NCBI GenBank assembly: GCA_964016885.1
Contig: OZ024748.1
Coordinates: 32,612,001-32,676,000 of the forward strand
Direction of reading: 5' to 3'
Length of the DNA stretch: 64,000 bases
Source: Eledone cirrhosa
Taxonomy: Eukaryota
Of the stretch, positions 27,715-41,210 are shown one piece after another. The stretch's first letter is position 1; every line of letters begins with the position of its first letter. Both the position numbers and the translations under genes were made by a program. Below the pieces are notes generated by a model. That model worked only from the letters and a program-made list of their open reading frames with translations, was not told where the DNA came from and did not search any database.

Positions 27715-28950
27715 AAAAACAAACCCCATCATTGTGAAATATGTGGGAAATCTTTTACTAAAACTCCTCATCTTCATGAACACATAAAAAGTCACACAGG
27801 AGAGAAACGTTTTCATTGCGAAATGCCAATTTAATTAGGCATTTACGTAGTCACAGTGGGGAAAAACCATTTCACTGTGAAATATGTGGGAAATCTTTCG
27901 CTGAGAAAGCTAATCTTGTTAGACATATACGTATTCACACCGGAGAGAAACCTTTTCACTGTGAAATATGTGGGAAATATTTTGCTGATAGTGATGCACT
28001 TATAGTTCACAGAAGAACACACACTGGAGAGGAACCCTATCAATGTGATATATGTGGGAAATATTTTGCTGATAGTGCTGTTATTATAGTTCACAGAAGA
28101 ACACACACTGGAGAGAAACGCTTCCATTGTGAAATATGTGGTAAAGCATTTATACAGAGCAGTTCTTTAACTATACATAAAATAACACACACTGGAGAGA
28201 AACCTTATCACTGTGAAATATGTGGGAAATCTTTTGTAACAAGCAGTTCTTTAACTATACATAAAAGAAAACACACTGGAGTGAAACTCTACCGTTGTGA
28301 AATATGTGGGAAATCTTTTGTAACAAACAGTTCTTTAACTATACATTAAAGAAAACACACTGGAGTGAAACCCTATCATTTTGAAATATGTGAGAAATCT
28401 TTTACACATTCTCCTGAATTCATTGTCCACAAACGTACTCACACTGGAGAAAAGCCTTTCCACCGTGAAATATGTGGGAAATCTTTTGGCAGTAGTAATG
28501 ACTTGACTACGCATGAAAGAACACATACTGGAGAGAAACCCCATCACTCTGAAGCATGTGGGAAATCTTTTGGCAGGAGTAATCTCTTAACTAAACACAA
28601 AGGAACACATACTGTATAGAAACCGTATTATTGTGAAATATGTGTGAAAGAACACACTCTGGAGAGAAACCCTATCACTGTGAAACATGTGGAAATCTTT
28701 TGGCAGGAGTAATGTCTTATCTAAATACAAAAGAACACACACTGGAGAGAGACCCTATTATTGTGAAATATGTGGGAAATCTTTTAGCTGGTGTAATGTC
28801 TTAACTACACACAAAAGAACACACACTTGTCAGAAACCCTAACACAATGAAACATGTAGGAAATATTTCATTAGTAACAGTGAATATTATAAACACAAAA
28901 TAACACACACTGGTAAAAAACGTTTTACACAGTGAAATATGTGGGAAATG
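27715..28950 (+). pseudogene. C2H2-ZNF paralog 1, 3' finger array (more than 12 fingers, with frameshifts and stops)
   Basis: ORFs 27816-28349 and 28365-28619 carry HTGEKP-linked CEICGK fingers. Stops at 28347-28349 and 28617-28619, and several Cys residues are lost. Confidence 0.9.
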
Positions 28951-29209
28951 TTTTTCTCTAACATTTACTTAGACACAAATATAGAGATGAATGAAAGTTT
29001 TCAACTGTGAAACATGAGACATCCTTCCTCTTACAAATCTAAACTTATTTTCCACCAATAGCAAATGTGAATGCTTGGCAGTTTGATAGCCTACAAACTT
29101 TGATGGCCGTTTTTACAAATATATTTTCATTTGAAATCTTTCTCTGATCTATTCTTGAATTTTTGAATTAATTTTAAATCTATGCCAGTAATGTCATCAT
29201 TAGTTTGTC

Positions 29210-29520
29210 AACACCAACATTCCCTGCTATAGTGTGTGTAATTAAGGGACCCTCTATCACCTAAGGTAATGTCTTCTCTGCTATGTTAAATTTTAGAGGC
29301 CTACACCAACATTCCCTGTTGTTGTGTGTAATTGAAGGGCCCTCTGCCACATGAGGTAATGTCTTCTCTGCTATGATAAATTTTATAGGCCCACACCAAC
29401 ATTCCTTGTTTTAGTATGTAATTGAAGGGCCCTCTATCACCTGAGGTAATGCTGTGAGTGTCTAGTCTCAGGAAGTTTAGAGGGTAACACCAACATTCTC
29501 TGTTATAGTAATTGAAGGAG
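29210..29520. repeat. ~90-bp tandem repeat, ~3.5 copies; paralog at ~35770-36000
   Basis: acaccaacattccctg...gtaattgaagggccctct.tcac.tgaggtaatg repeated. Confidence 0.75.
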
Positions 29521-29842
29521 TAGTTTTATCTGTTTTTCTTTTTCCCCTGACTCCCTTTTTTTTATTGATTTCATCGTTTTGTAAATAATTTATTAATTTT
29601 CATAAATTTTATAAATTCTATTTATGTCCTAAATTTCATTCTATTTGTTGTTAATAAAAGAATTATATTTAAGGAATTTATCAAGTCTGTAACTTCAACT
29701 TTTTTGTTATTTTGCCATCTAAATCATTAACACCATATATAATGATATCATCTTGTAAGTAGTTTTAATACATCTAACACCCATCTAAATCTCTGTTACA
29801 CCATATGTAATGATATCACTTTGTTAGTAGTTTTAATACATC

Positions 29843-30215
29843 TAAAACAAAATACTGGTGTGTATGAATATAACAAAAGACGTGGTTTGTGTGTATAATA
29901 TTTAATTAACAATTTGTTGTTATATAGAACCGTATAATTGACATGTAGTAGAGGAAGAATGAAGTAAAGTCATTTGTTACCGTTTTGAAGTTAGGTCGCA
30001 AGAGACCATATTAGGGTTGCCAGGCGAAAGCACCTGGCCGAAAGAGCAAATGAGAGGGCGAGAGCTGAAGGTTATTCCCTTTATAGATGCTGGAACGGAA
30101 GTGACAAAAAGGGCTCTGCCACCCCAACGGGAAGCAACTCCAGCTACTTCCTGTTAGTGAGCGTTACTCTATTGGTGATGTTTTCGTCACAACAAGGGAG
30201 GCAACTCTTGCTACA
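29843..30215 (-). mobile_element. Solo LTR (373 bp), TG...TA termini, 4-bp TSD CATC
   Basis: It interrupts a satellite unit. CATC at 29839-29842 and 30216-30219. It shares gggaggcaact...ctaca with the 1700-1963 LTR, and has TATAAA on the minus strand at ~30080. Confidence 0.72.
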
Positions 30216-30667
30216 CATCTAACACCCATCTAAATCTCTGTTATTAACACCATATGTAATGATATCATCTTGTAAGTAGTTTTAATACATCTAACACAAA
30301 CACTTCAATATTGTTTAAAATAATTGAACTTCTTCGTATATTTTACAACTGAAATTTGACAATATCCTGGTTATAGGGCCACTAACTTTAGTGGTATCAT
30401 TGTTTCCCTAAAGTAACAAGAAAAATTAAAACTTAGTCACAAAAGATCACAAACTGTTGAAGTATGAGTTATTTGTTGTTGAACTTGTAGTAATGGAGAT
30501 TTCTGGCATTCTTGGTCTCTATACCACCTCCCTACTAACTGTTATCAGGGTGGAGTTAGCCACCCAGAGGAGAGTCTTGTTAAACTATAGTGGTGGAGAC
30601 AATTGTCAGACTTGGTCCCTAAACCACCTCCCTACTCACTGTTATCAGGGTGGAGTTGGCCACACAC

Positions 30668-31714
30668 AGTGTGGTCAAGTCAGACTCAACAGTGACCTCT
30701 CAGAACCCTTCCCAAACATCAACTGAGTGAAGAAGGGTTGTGTCCTAGCACCAACTCTCTTCAGCATGATGTTCAAGCAGGCCACAGAAGATATTGATAC
30801 CATCTTGCTGGCAGCCTGTTTAATCTTCCTCAACTACAGGCCCACATGAAAGTCCCTGGAGCTACAGATCTGAGACCTCTTCTTTGCAGACGATGCTGCT
30901 CTTGTTGGCCTCACAGAAAGAGCCTTGCAACACATCACTTCCTGCTTCACAGAAGCTGCCCAGCTCTTTGGGATGTCAGCTTAAAGAAGATAGATGTAGT
31001 CCACCAGTCTACACTTCAGGAAGAGTACCTCCCCCATATACCAATTGGTGAGACTGAACTGTCCATCTGTTCACCAACCAGGGGTGCACCATCACGTCAC
31101 ATCTCAAGACTGACAGGTAACAGACTGGCAAAAGTGAGCAGTGCATTTGGCAGACTGTACAAACCTGTGTAGAATAATAAACACCTGAAGAAGGGTACCA
31201 AGATCAGAGTGTTCAGAACCATAGTCCTTCCCACCTTCCTATATGGCTTAGAGTTGTGGGTCACTTAACATCACCACCTTCGACTCCTTGAGTGCAGCAC
31301 CAAGCTGGGCAGGGTACATCTCCTGGATGAAGGATCTGCCCAGGATCATGCTCTATGGTGAACTCTCCACAGGTCATTGTGACAGGAGGCCACCAAGGAA
31401 GCAATACAAGGACAGTTTGAAAAAATTCCTTGTCACATCGACCATCACTGATGGTCCACCATAGCTGAGACATGGGACGCCTGGTGTCTCACCAACAACC
31501 ATGCTCTCTGCTCCTTGAAAAACACCCACAGGCCCACCCTCGAGTACAAGAGGCCTAGGAGGAAGAACAACAACACCAAGTTATCAAACCCTTCTCCAGA
31601 CCTTCATCTGTGGCGGTGTCATGCCTGTCCTATATAGGCCTGACCAGCCACAAGCAGGCCTTCACTCAATGTACAACAACTTCTTAACCTTTGTTCTCGA
31701 AGCCAAGCCATGAT
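30668..31714 (+). mobile_element. RTE (BovB-like) LINE 3' part, degraded
   Basis: GQVRLNSDLSEPF..VKKGCVLAPTLF, LFADDAAL, RLAKVSSAFGRL, RIMLYGEL. Confidence 0.82.
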
Positions 31715-31873
31715 AAATTTTATTGAGTTACAAATTGGAGATATAAATATATATACAAACAACGGATTAATACCAGGGGAGACAACCTCACCATGGCATA
31801 ATTTTAGTCCCAGATTAGTATGATGGAGTAGGAATATATTTAAATATTGGAAGTTGTTTTAGCTGTACTCATC

Positions 31874-31968
<95 letters not shown>

Positions 31969-32938
31969 TATATATATATATATATACAGGTGTGTGTGAC
32001 TAAGCCGCAGAATATCGTCTTTGTTGTCGTAAACAGCAGAGAGTGATATTTGGCTGCTATTTCTACCAGGACAAGCAACTATGTAAGAGACTCTCTGCGG
32101 GTAGCCAACTCTGTTCCTATGGTGGTAAGTAGGGAGGTAGCCCTAGGGCCAAGGAGACCAGAATTCTCCACTGCCAAGAGCACGACCGCAAACCTGTCGA
32201 GGAGCGAAATGTGTAATTCCTTTACTTTAAGAGTTTAAAGTGTGTGTTGGCTGCTATTTCTACCAGGTCAAGTAATCAGGTAAGAGACTCCCTTGTTGAT
32301 ACGTAATAAATATTTCTGAGTGATGCTGCTTGTTTTACCATGGGTTGGATACAATTGATGGAGTGAATTGATATAACTGAAGGTATTAAATTATGTCAGG
32401 GACTTCTAACGTATGACACCGGTGTTATTCATGAGAGTGAAGCATTAGCAACGACACCACGTACCTGCCATCTTAATTATAACTTTAATTAATCTAATTA
32501 TATCTTGTATAGTAATTCTCTTATATTAAGGTAAAAGTTAGTATTTTGTAGATAACATACAGTGAGCTACATGTTTCAGGGTAGGTGTTCCATCACCTAC
32601 ATGATTAAACATTTCATTTTATGAGAAACTAGGTTACATCGTGAATTGGTTGTTCCACATTTTACAGGACAGTGAGAAATAGGTTTAAATCACCAACATC
32701 TGAACAATTAGCTTTCCTGGTCTTTCTTGACTTTACACTTGGACTTGAAATATAAAGTACGTATTATTTGTATTGTTAACACAGCAGATATTGTGTACTT
32801 TTCTACACTCTCTGGTGAACAATCGTCATTTATTAAGACACACACACTCTCCCTCTCTCTCTTACACTTTCTTATACCGACATCAGTCTTACACAGTCAT
32901 ATATCTTCAGAACTTCGAAGAATTCTTCAAGAATTACT

Positions 32939-33832
32939 ATGGAAGACGTTAAACACTTGGACATTTCTACCAACATAGATACAGTTACTCAGACATACAG
33001 TGGTGAGAAACCTTTACCTAGTGAAACATGTACTGAACAAGGATCATTACACAGAAATATTCCTGAATATAGCTGTGAGATTTGTAGGAAAACTTTCTCA
33101 TCAGAAGATGAATTATCTACACATAAAAGAACACACACTAAAGATAAACCCTATCACTGTCAAATATGTGAGAAATCTTTCACTTCGAAATCCGATCTTG
33201 TTAGACATATACGTACTCACACTGGAGAAAAACGTTTCCACTGCGAAATTTGTGGAAAAGCTTTTGCTGAAAATTTTAGTGTTGTACTTCATAAAAGAAC
33301 ACACACTGGAGAGAAACCCTATCATTGTGAAATTTGTGGGAAATCTTTTGTGACAAACATTTATTTAACTGTACATATAAGAACACATACTGGAGAGAAA
33401 CCATATCATTGTGAAATTTGTGGGAAATCTTTTGTATACAACAGTAATTTCAATGCACATAAAAGAACACACAGTAGAGAAAAGCATTATGATTGTGAAA
33501 TATGTGGGAAATCTTTCTTTCAGAATGCTAGTCTCATTAACCATAGATATAACCACACTGGAATAAAGCCCTTCCATTGTGAAATATGTGAGAAATCTTT
33601 TGTCAGGGGCAATGACTTGATTAGGCATAAAAGAACTCACACTGGAGAGAAACCCTTTTACTGTGAAATATGTGGGAAGTATTTCGTACAAAGCGGTAAT
33701 TTGATTGTACATAAAAGATCACATACTGGTGAAAGACCTTACCACTGTGAAATATGTGGGAAATCTTTTATTAGGAATAGTAACTTAAATAAACACAAAC
33801 AAACACACACAAGAGGGAAACATTTTAACTAA
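32939..33832 (+). CDS. C2H2 zinc-finger protein, 297 aa, 9 tandem fingers (ZNF paralog 2, intact)
   Basis: Nine C-X2-C-X12-H-X3-H fingers with mostly TGEKP-type linkers in an open ORF. A possible splice acceptor tcttcag ends at 32910. Confidence 0.88.
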   Translation: MEDVKHLDISTNIDTVTQTYSGEKPLPSETCTEQGSLHRNIPEYSCEICRKTFSSEDELSTHKRTHTKDKPYHCQICEKSFTSKSDLVRHIRTHTGEKRFHCEICGKAFAENFSVVLHKRTHTGEKPYHCEICGKSFVTNIYLTVHIRTHTGEKPYHCEICGKSFVYNSNFNAHKRTHSREKHYDCEICGKSFFQNASLINHRYNHTGIKPFHCEICEKSFVRGNDLIRHKRTHTGEKPFYCEICGKYFVQSGNLIVHKRSHTGERPYHCEICGKSFIRNSNLNKHKQTHTRGKHFN

Positions 33833-33964
33833 CTCTTCCTCTTACAAATCTAAACTGATTGTCATGAAGTAATTCTTAGAAGTTCCACAGACTCGAAAAG
33901 TTGCTTGTTATTTTTCAAATTATACACTTAGTTGGAAATAAATTCTTGTTCATATCCTAAATCC

Positions 33965-34290
33965 TAATCTTTTGCCATGAGTTGTGACATGACTAAACAC
34001 AGAACACACACTGGAGAAAAACCCTATCACTGTACCAATGTGGGAAATCTTTTGGCTGTAATGGTGAATTGACTAAACACAGAAGAACACACACTGGAGA
34101 GAAACCCTTCCACTGTGAAATATGTAGTGGAAAATCTTTCTCTGAAAATGTTAATGTTGTAGTTCACAAAAGAACACACACTGGAGAGAAACCTTTCAAA
34201 TGTGAAATATGTGGGAAAACTTTTGTCCCTAAAAGTAACTTAAATAAACACAAAAGAACACACTGGAGGGAAACGTTTTAACTGAGAAAC
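33965..34290 (+). pseudogene. Detached degenerate C2H2 finger tail (3-4 fingers)
   Basis: ORF 34069-34281 has HTGEKP fingers, and the cttcctcttacaaat 3' sequence is repeated after it. Confidence 0.75.
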
Positions 34291-34382
34291 ATGAGACACC
34301 TTCCTCTTACAAATATAAACCTATTGTCCACCAACATCTCGAGGGAACCCTTAGTAGTTTTACAGACTCAAAACATTGCTTG

Positions 34383-34640
34383 TCATCATCATCATACGTC
34401 CGCTTTTCCCTGCTTGCAAGGGTGGGATGGGTCCTATTCAGCACAGCATCTCTCCACTTGTCACGGTCCTTCGTCATCTCCTCCATGAGCTTCAGTGATC
34501 TGAGGTCAGCTCTCACCACCTCTGCCCATGTTTTTAGTGGTCTTCCTCTACTGTATCTTCCTTCTACTGGGATTTCTTGGCACTTCTTTACCCAGTGATC
34601 ATCCTCCATACCATCGCAGTCTTCTCTCCCGCACACAACA
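34383..34640 (-). mobile_element. RTE LINE 3' end with (GAT)n tail
   Basis: HWVKKC..VEGRYSRGRPLKTW...DRDKWR, ending in gatgatgatg. Confidence 0.82.
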
Positions 34641-35004
34641 ACTTATCACTTGTCATTTTTAAATATATTTTTAGCTGGAATTAAATTCTTGTTCATATCT
34701 ATTCCTTGTCTTCCTGAAGTCATTTTTAATCCATGCAAAAAATTTCATCAGTCTTTTGCCAACACCAACATTCCCTGCTTTTGCTATCTGCGGGGTGCAA
34801 CCCCAACATCGCCTTAAGTCTAAAGCCCCCTTTCTGTGGCTCTAGAGCCCTTCCTTTTCCATTCCTTTCCTGTTTTTGAATACTTGTGTTTTTCTAATTA
34901 TTAGTTACTAATTAATTAAATTGTGTATATTTCTAATATAGTTACTAATTAATTAAATTGTGTATATTTCTTCAAAATTAAAACTGATATACTTTCCTGA
35001 TAAT

Positions 35005-35191
35005 TGTTTCTACTTTAGGCACAAGGTCAGCAATTACCCAGTGCATTACTGGTACTTTATTTTATCGACCCCCCGTCAGGATGAAAGGCAAAGTCAACCT
35101 TGGCAGGATTTGAACTCAGATCGTAAAGGGACGTAACTATGCTCGAAAGCATGGCGTCCGACCCTCTACCGATACTGCCAATCCACCGCCC
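35005..35191 (-). mobile_element. tRNA-derived SINE (family A)
   Basis: Full-length match to 14614-14800, flanked by a (cc)tgataat duplication. Confidence 0.88.
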
Positions 35192-36285
35192 TGATAATGC
35201 TGTGTTTTGTCTGTCAGAAATTTCAGATTATGCCATATCTTGTAGCAAGCAATGGCACTATTCCATAGCTGTGGAATAATTTGGCCGTACTTTGTCACTC
35301 GCCAATCCTTAGACTTGGTGGTGTAGGAATACCAAAAGTTGACTTCGGCACAACAGTTGCTTCGCACCTCTTTGACATCTACCTATCAGTTACGGCTTGA
35401 ATTTCGTGGACACAAGAAGTCACTAATTACGTTCCCGGTCGATACTAGCAAGATGTAGCACTTAACAAGTAACTTTGGCCCTCTCGGCAAGGGGCCCAAC
35501 AACAACATACTTTGTTTTCATTCAATTTAATCATTCGGTATGCTAGCTGCTTTCCCCTCTTTTAGTGGTTGTATTATTGTATCGGAAGAAAATAAACCTT
35601 TGTTATTTCCTCACTGTGCTTTCTGATTTGATCCTTCCATGTGAACTAAAAACATAAACACGCAGCCTATAAATCTCTATATATATATTCATTAAGGATC
35701 CTTTCCGCAAGAACAAATACTTAAACCCTGTCTGCTAAAAATTCCCTGATGTAGTATGTTATTAGGGACCTTCCATAACACGAGGTAATGTTGTATCTTC
35801 TCTTCTCTCAGAAATTTTAGGGGGCAACACCAACATTAACAGCTGTAGCATGTAATTGAGGGACCTCTCATTTGAGGTAATATCTTGTGTCCTCTTGTCT
35901 GAGAAATTAAGGGGTAACATCAACATTCCCTGATGTGGTGTGTAATTGAGGGAGCTGTCTCTCACCTCAGGTAATACCATGTCCTCTCTTATCTCAGAAA
36001 TTTCACTGGGAAACTGTCTTTTTATTGATTTGTTTGTTTTTTGTAAATTCTTTATTATTTTTTCATTATTCATTATGTAAACTAGCAGAAAACCACCCTT
36101 GGGTGGCTTTCTGCTAGCATGTGTAGTGTGCATATTGATATTATACGCAATATAAACGTTATATAACGATGCAAATATATGAATGTTTATGCAAGTGATG
36201 TGATATTTCGTCTGTTATATCATAACTGGAAGTATTGACATTTGACAATTTTAAAAGAAGTGAATCTTAAAATAAGCAATAATTA

Positions 36286-36621
36286 TCATCATCATCATTT
36301 CATTTTACGTCTGCTTTTTCCCTGCTTGCAAGGGTGGGACGGGAACTGATTCTGGCTTGATTTCTACAGCTGGATGCCCTTCCTAACACCAACCTCATTT
36401 ACAGTGCTGGGTGCTTTTTTGCCATGACACCTCCACGACCACTTTGCAGTGGAATGATATGGACCCCAGTCCCTATCATCTCATTTCTACAGCTGAGTAA
36501 ACTGGAGCAATGTGAAATAAAGTGTCTTGCTCAAGGAAACAACACATCACCCGGTCTGAGAATTGAACTCACAACCTTTCGATTGCAAGGTCAATGCTCT
36601 AACCACTAAGCCATGTGCCTC
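36286..36621 (-). mobile_element. tRNA-derived SINE (family B head) with RTE-type (GAT)n tail
   Basis: The minus strand starts GGAGGCACATGGCTTAGTGG, has GAGTTCAATTC and ccttgagcaagacactt. Its 3' end matches the RTE tail at 34383. Confidence 0.75.
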
Positions 36622-37514
36622 CAATTATATATAAGAATATTTATTTAATCAACAGCTACAAAATTTATTACATACATTATGTAATAATCATTCATTTTTA
36701 TTCAAAGTAATCCAACTTATTTTACTTATGGGATAAAAAAATATATTCAGTACACAGTCCCGCACTCCTCCCTTTATTGTATTATGATTGTATTTCTATC
36801 AGTGATGATACCCTAAAGTTCCTTCAGAGAAACCCTATTTCTACTTCTATTCTTTTGGTCATTACACAAAATACATGTCCATAGTTCAGGGTTGGCAGAA
36901 TACCAAATTTAAGATTGTAGCAAAGCAACACATGCAGAGTTGCAGAGTTACCTGCACATAGCTCTGACGTCACAAACCGACATCACCAAATCATTCTCTC
37001 TCTGGTGGCGACTTGCGAAGGGACGACACGCATAATTTTGTGCTACGCTAAACAGCCATAGAAACAAGCATTTTGTAAATTTGCCGTTAATTACTGTGCA
37101 TTTATTCAGAATGCTTGTTTCTATGGTCACGGCTCTCTGAACTCGCTCATTCACCAGCTCAACCGTTTATTGGCTGCTATTTCTGTTAACCTGCGCATAA
37201 TTTTTCTTAAACCTGCTTACTGTGAACGAATTATTTCCATTGAAACAATTTCAAAAGGCTCTGCGAGACATCAGCATCAACAGCAACAACAACAGCTTCA
37301 TCTTTGCTTTATCAACATCATCAAATCAGCAGAACAACCAAGAGAGAATTATTTCTTCTTGCAACTATCTTCTTGTGAAAAATTTCCTACCAGCCTTCGG
37401 AAGTTGGGAATTTCACGTTCAACCACAAAAAGAAACACCTGCATACATTCTCTGGGCACACTTTTTCCTGCTGTCATTGTGCCACATCCTGTGAACTATT
37501 TGAACTCTTTATAA

Positions 37515-38340
37515 GATAATGAGATTGACTTTTACACCTACTTCCCTTATTTTGATTAACAAATGCTGAATCTAGTGCATTACTGTACCAGCCCCTGCAA
37601 TTCTTACACTTAGATCAGCCACCTCCCTTCATCAACTTGTGAATACAGCCTCAAGACTCTTGAACTTCTCTGCCTGCTTCAGTAGATCTCCACTCACACG
37701 TAGAGAGGTAAAGTATTTCAGTCATCAATTGACTGATTTTCATTTCTTCCATGCAGTAGTTGGCAGCAAACCTATCAAGTGCATGTTGGAGATTACCTTC
37801 TCACTAGATAGCTACTAAAATGACATCCAGAAATTCTAAACAACTGATCCTACATCCACCAGTCTTGATACCAATTCCAGCCCAGTTGCTCATGTCAATC
37901 CTGTCCATGAAGATTATGAACAGAGGAGGTGACAGCATACATCCTTGGCAGAGTCTGACACCCTCATTGAAAGTTTTCGACTTAGAAATGTTTGGGGTAA
38001 CATTACTTGATATAATTCATAGCTTGGAGATGAGAGACTCATTCCAAGGAGAGGTGCTAATACTCTGAAATGAGAGATCACAACTCTGATACTATGGTGA
38101 TGTGTTCAGAATGTCTCAGGAAATAATCACTGGGCAGATTTTACAGGCAAAACCAACTGGCAGGAGCCCCAGGGGTAGACCCCGAGCAAGATGGATGGAT
38201 AATATTCATGAGCATGATTTGTTTTGCTTCGGGATCCAGCCAGATCAGATGAAGACAGTTGATTCTGACAGTACCTGCAGGAAGGCATGCTTGAGGACTC
38301 TGTCACCATGACCATCCTTGGAATAAGTGGACGAAGGAGA
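37515..38340. mobile_element. RTE LINE fragment with 5' inversion
   Basis: The RT segment (QGCMLSPPLFIIFMD) is on the minus strand at ~37515-37980. The downstream segment (GVTLLD...GRSPRGRPRARWMD) is on the plus strand at ~37985-38340. Confidence 0.7.
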
Positions 38341-38417
38341 AATATTCATATCAGAATCGAAAATAGTTACATTTGAGGAATTTGTCAAGTCTGTGACTTC
38401 AACCTTTCATTATTTTC

Positions 38418-38632
38418 CCATCTAAATCTCTGTTATTAACACCATATGTAACGATATCATCTTGTAAGTAGTTTTAATACATCTAACACCCATCTAAATC
38501 TCTGTTATTAACACTATATGTAATGATATCATCTTGTAAGTAGTTTTAATACATCTAACACCTATCTAAATCTCTGTTATTAAGACCATATGTAATGATA
38601 TCACCTTGTTTGTTTTAATACATCTAACACAA
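38418..38632. repeat. ~72-bp tandem repeat, 3 copies; same family at 29717-29842, 30216-30300 and 50090-51350
   Basis: catctaaatctctgttattaacaccatatgtaatgatatcatcttgtaagtagttttaatacatctaacacc. Confidence 0.85.
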
Positions 38633-40367
38633 ACAGTTCAATATTTTTTTAAATGATTAAAATTCTATCACTCTTCGTATATTTTACAACTGAAATTTAG
38701 AAATTTGACAATATCCTGGTTATAGGGCCATAATTTTGGTGGTATCATTGTTTCCCTAAAGTAACAAGAAAAATTAAAACTTTAGTCACAAAAGATCACA
38801 AACTGTTGAAGTATTAGTTGTTTCTTGTTGATCTTGTAGTAACGGAGATTTCTGGCATTCTTGGTCCCTATACCACCTCCCTACTAACTGTTATCAGGGT
38901 GGAGTTAGCCACCCACAGGAGTGTCTTATTAAACTATAGTGGTGGAGACAATTGTCAGACTTGGTCCCTATATCACCTCCCTACTAACTGTTATCAGGGT
39001 GGAGTTGGCTACACACAGGAGAGAGCCCCACAAGTTTTAAAAGCTATTTCAACACATCTCACTTGCTGTCCCCCAGGGTAACCCCCTATCACCATTCTGT
39101 CCACTCCTGGGACCACAAGGTAGCTGGTACCTAGTGTTCTCCATGCCAGAAAGAATTCTCCCACACTGTCCAGGTTTGTATCATTGGGGGTAGTGATGGT
39201 ATAGTTTACTGATTGTTGTTAGTCACAGTCCATTATAAGAAATATGAAGCAACAAATATTATTGGCTAAAACTAGTTAAATCTCTCTTGATTTGTAAATT
39301 AGGCTCAAGAGCAGCAGATTTAGGAGAAGAGCAAAGTTGATTAAATCAACCCCAATTCAGATGAGATGACTGTATCTTGCTTTCCATGACTGGATCCCCT
39401 TCATGATGCCAACTACATTTGCAGTGTGAATTGGGTGCTTTCTGTAGTATCACCAAAATGACCACAGAGTGGACTGGGCACTATCATGGCACCAAAATGA
39501 CTACTTTACAGTGTGGACTGGATACATTTTGTTGTGGCACCAAGATGATCACATTACAGTGTCGACTATGGGCTGGGGTGGGGAGATTGATCAACTGTGG
39601 GGCACTTATCTTGTGAAGGGTGGGGTTAATTTGGGGTGTATGTGGAGTGTTAGGACATGGGTGGAGGTGTGTTAGGGCATGGGAATTGGATGAAAGGAGG
39701 AGGGCATGGTAGGATGTGCATACTAGATGTATGCTTTAACCATGCACATTGGAGGGCAAGTCCTCAGTATAACTACATAATGCCAGATATCTCAGTCCTG
39801 TGTTATCATTTTTGAGATGTGTAATTGTGCAAAGTCAGCTTTTATCACCTCATCCCAAGTCTACTCCATAGCTTCCATCAACTTTGAGTAACCTGCACCT
39901 TTGTATACTGCCATCATCCTTTATACACATCACATGTCCATATCAATGTAATCTCCTCTCCTGCATACAGCATCATATATATCACCACCATCATTATCCT
40001 TGTTACAACCATTTTCCAATGCTTGCATGGGTTGGATGGTTCCATTTCAGCACAACATCTCTCCACTTTCCCCATTCCTTTGTCATCTCCTCTGTGAATC
40101 TCAGTAATTTGAGATCAGCTTTCATCAACTCTGTCGAGGTCTTTCTTGGTCTACCTCTACTGTAGCTTTGTTCCACTGGGATTCCCTGGCACTTCTTCAC
40201 CCAATGATCATCATCTATGCACATCAAATCTCCGTACCAACACAGTCTTCTCTCTTGCACACCACTTCGGATTCCTCTTAAACCCAGTTTCTCCCTCAGT
40301 TCATCCAAGCTCTGTCTTTCTTGCACTTCCAATGAAGCATGGTTGCTTCATTTCTTTCAAGCCAATG

Positions 40368-40886
40368 CATATCCTCTGCAGTCACAACCCATGTTACACT
40401 ACCATGTAGCACCACATATCCTCTGCAGTCACTGCCCATGTTTCACCACCATGTAGCATCACATATCCTCTGCAATCACAGCCCATGTTTCACTACCATG
40501 TAGTACCATATATCCTCTGCAGTCACATCCCATGTTTCACTACCATGTAGTACCACATATCCTCTGCAGTCACTGCCAATGTTTCACTACCATGTAGCAC
40601 CACATATCCTCTGCAGTTGTAGCCCATATTTCACTAACATGTAGCACCACATTTCCTCTGCAGTCGCAGCCAATGTTTCAATTCCATGTAGCACCACATA
40701 TCCTCTATAATCGCAGCCCATATTTCACTACCATGTAGCACCACATATCCTCTGCAGTCACAGCCCATGTTTCACTACCATGTAGCACCACATGTGCCAT
40801 GTAGTCACAGCCCATGTTTCACTACCATGTAGAACCACATGTCCTCTGCAGTTACTGCCCATGTTTCACTACCATGCAGCACCACA
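40368..40886. repeat. 47-bp minisatellite, ~11 copies
   Basis: accacatatcctctgcagtcacagcccatgtttcactaccatgtagc; period 47 (40411 to 40458). Confidence 0.93.
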
Positions 40887-41210
40887 ATTCACACACAGAC
40901 ATCATACAGTCATCTTTTTGTACATAGGGAGAAAACCTTTATCAACAGTGGGAGTAGCTTTTTAAACTTCCCCCATCCTCTCCTTTTATTCTAGCTATTA
41001 TGTTCTCCGGGTACCCTCCTCTGATACTAATTAAGTCACCTAGATAACAGAAGCTATCAACCACTTCTATGGATCCTTTCAGTGATTGGAAAAGGCTTAT
41101 ACCATTGACGCTCTTCTCCTCAATTACTCCTGTGTATCTTTTACATACAAAGTCTTCCTTTCCTGTTAGCCTACCCGATATCCCACTACATCATTTGTGT
41201 ATCCAAGATT

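Noticed and set aside
34789-35709. Possible solo LTR bounded by TGCGG...CCGCA
   Set aside because: No target-site duplication and no second copy in the window.
37170-37514. ORF with a short poly-Q run
   Set aside because: Non-ATG start, no recognisable domain, and the Q run comes from a short CAA/CAG repeat.
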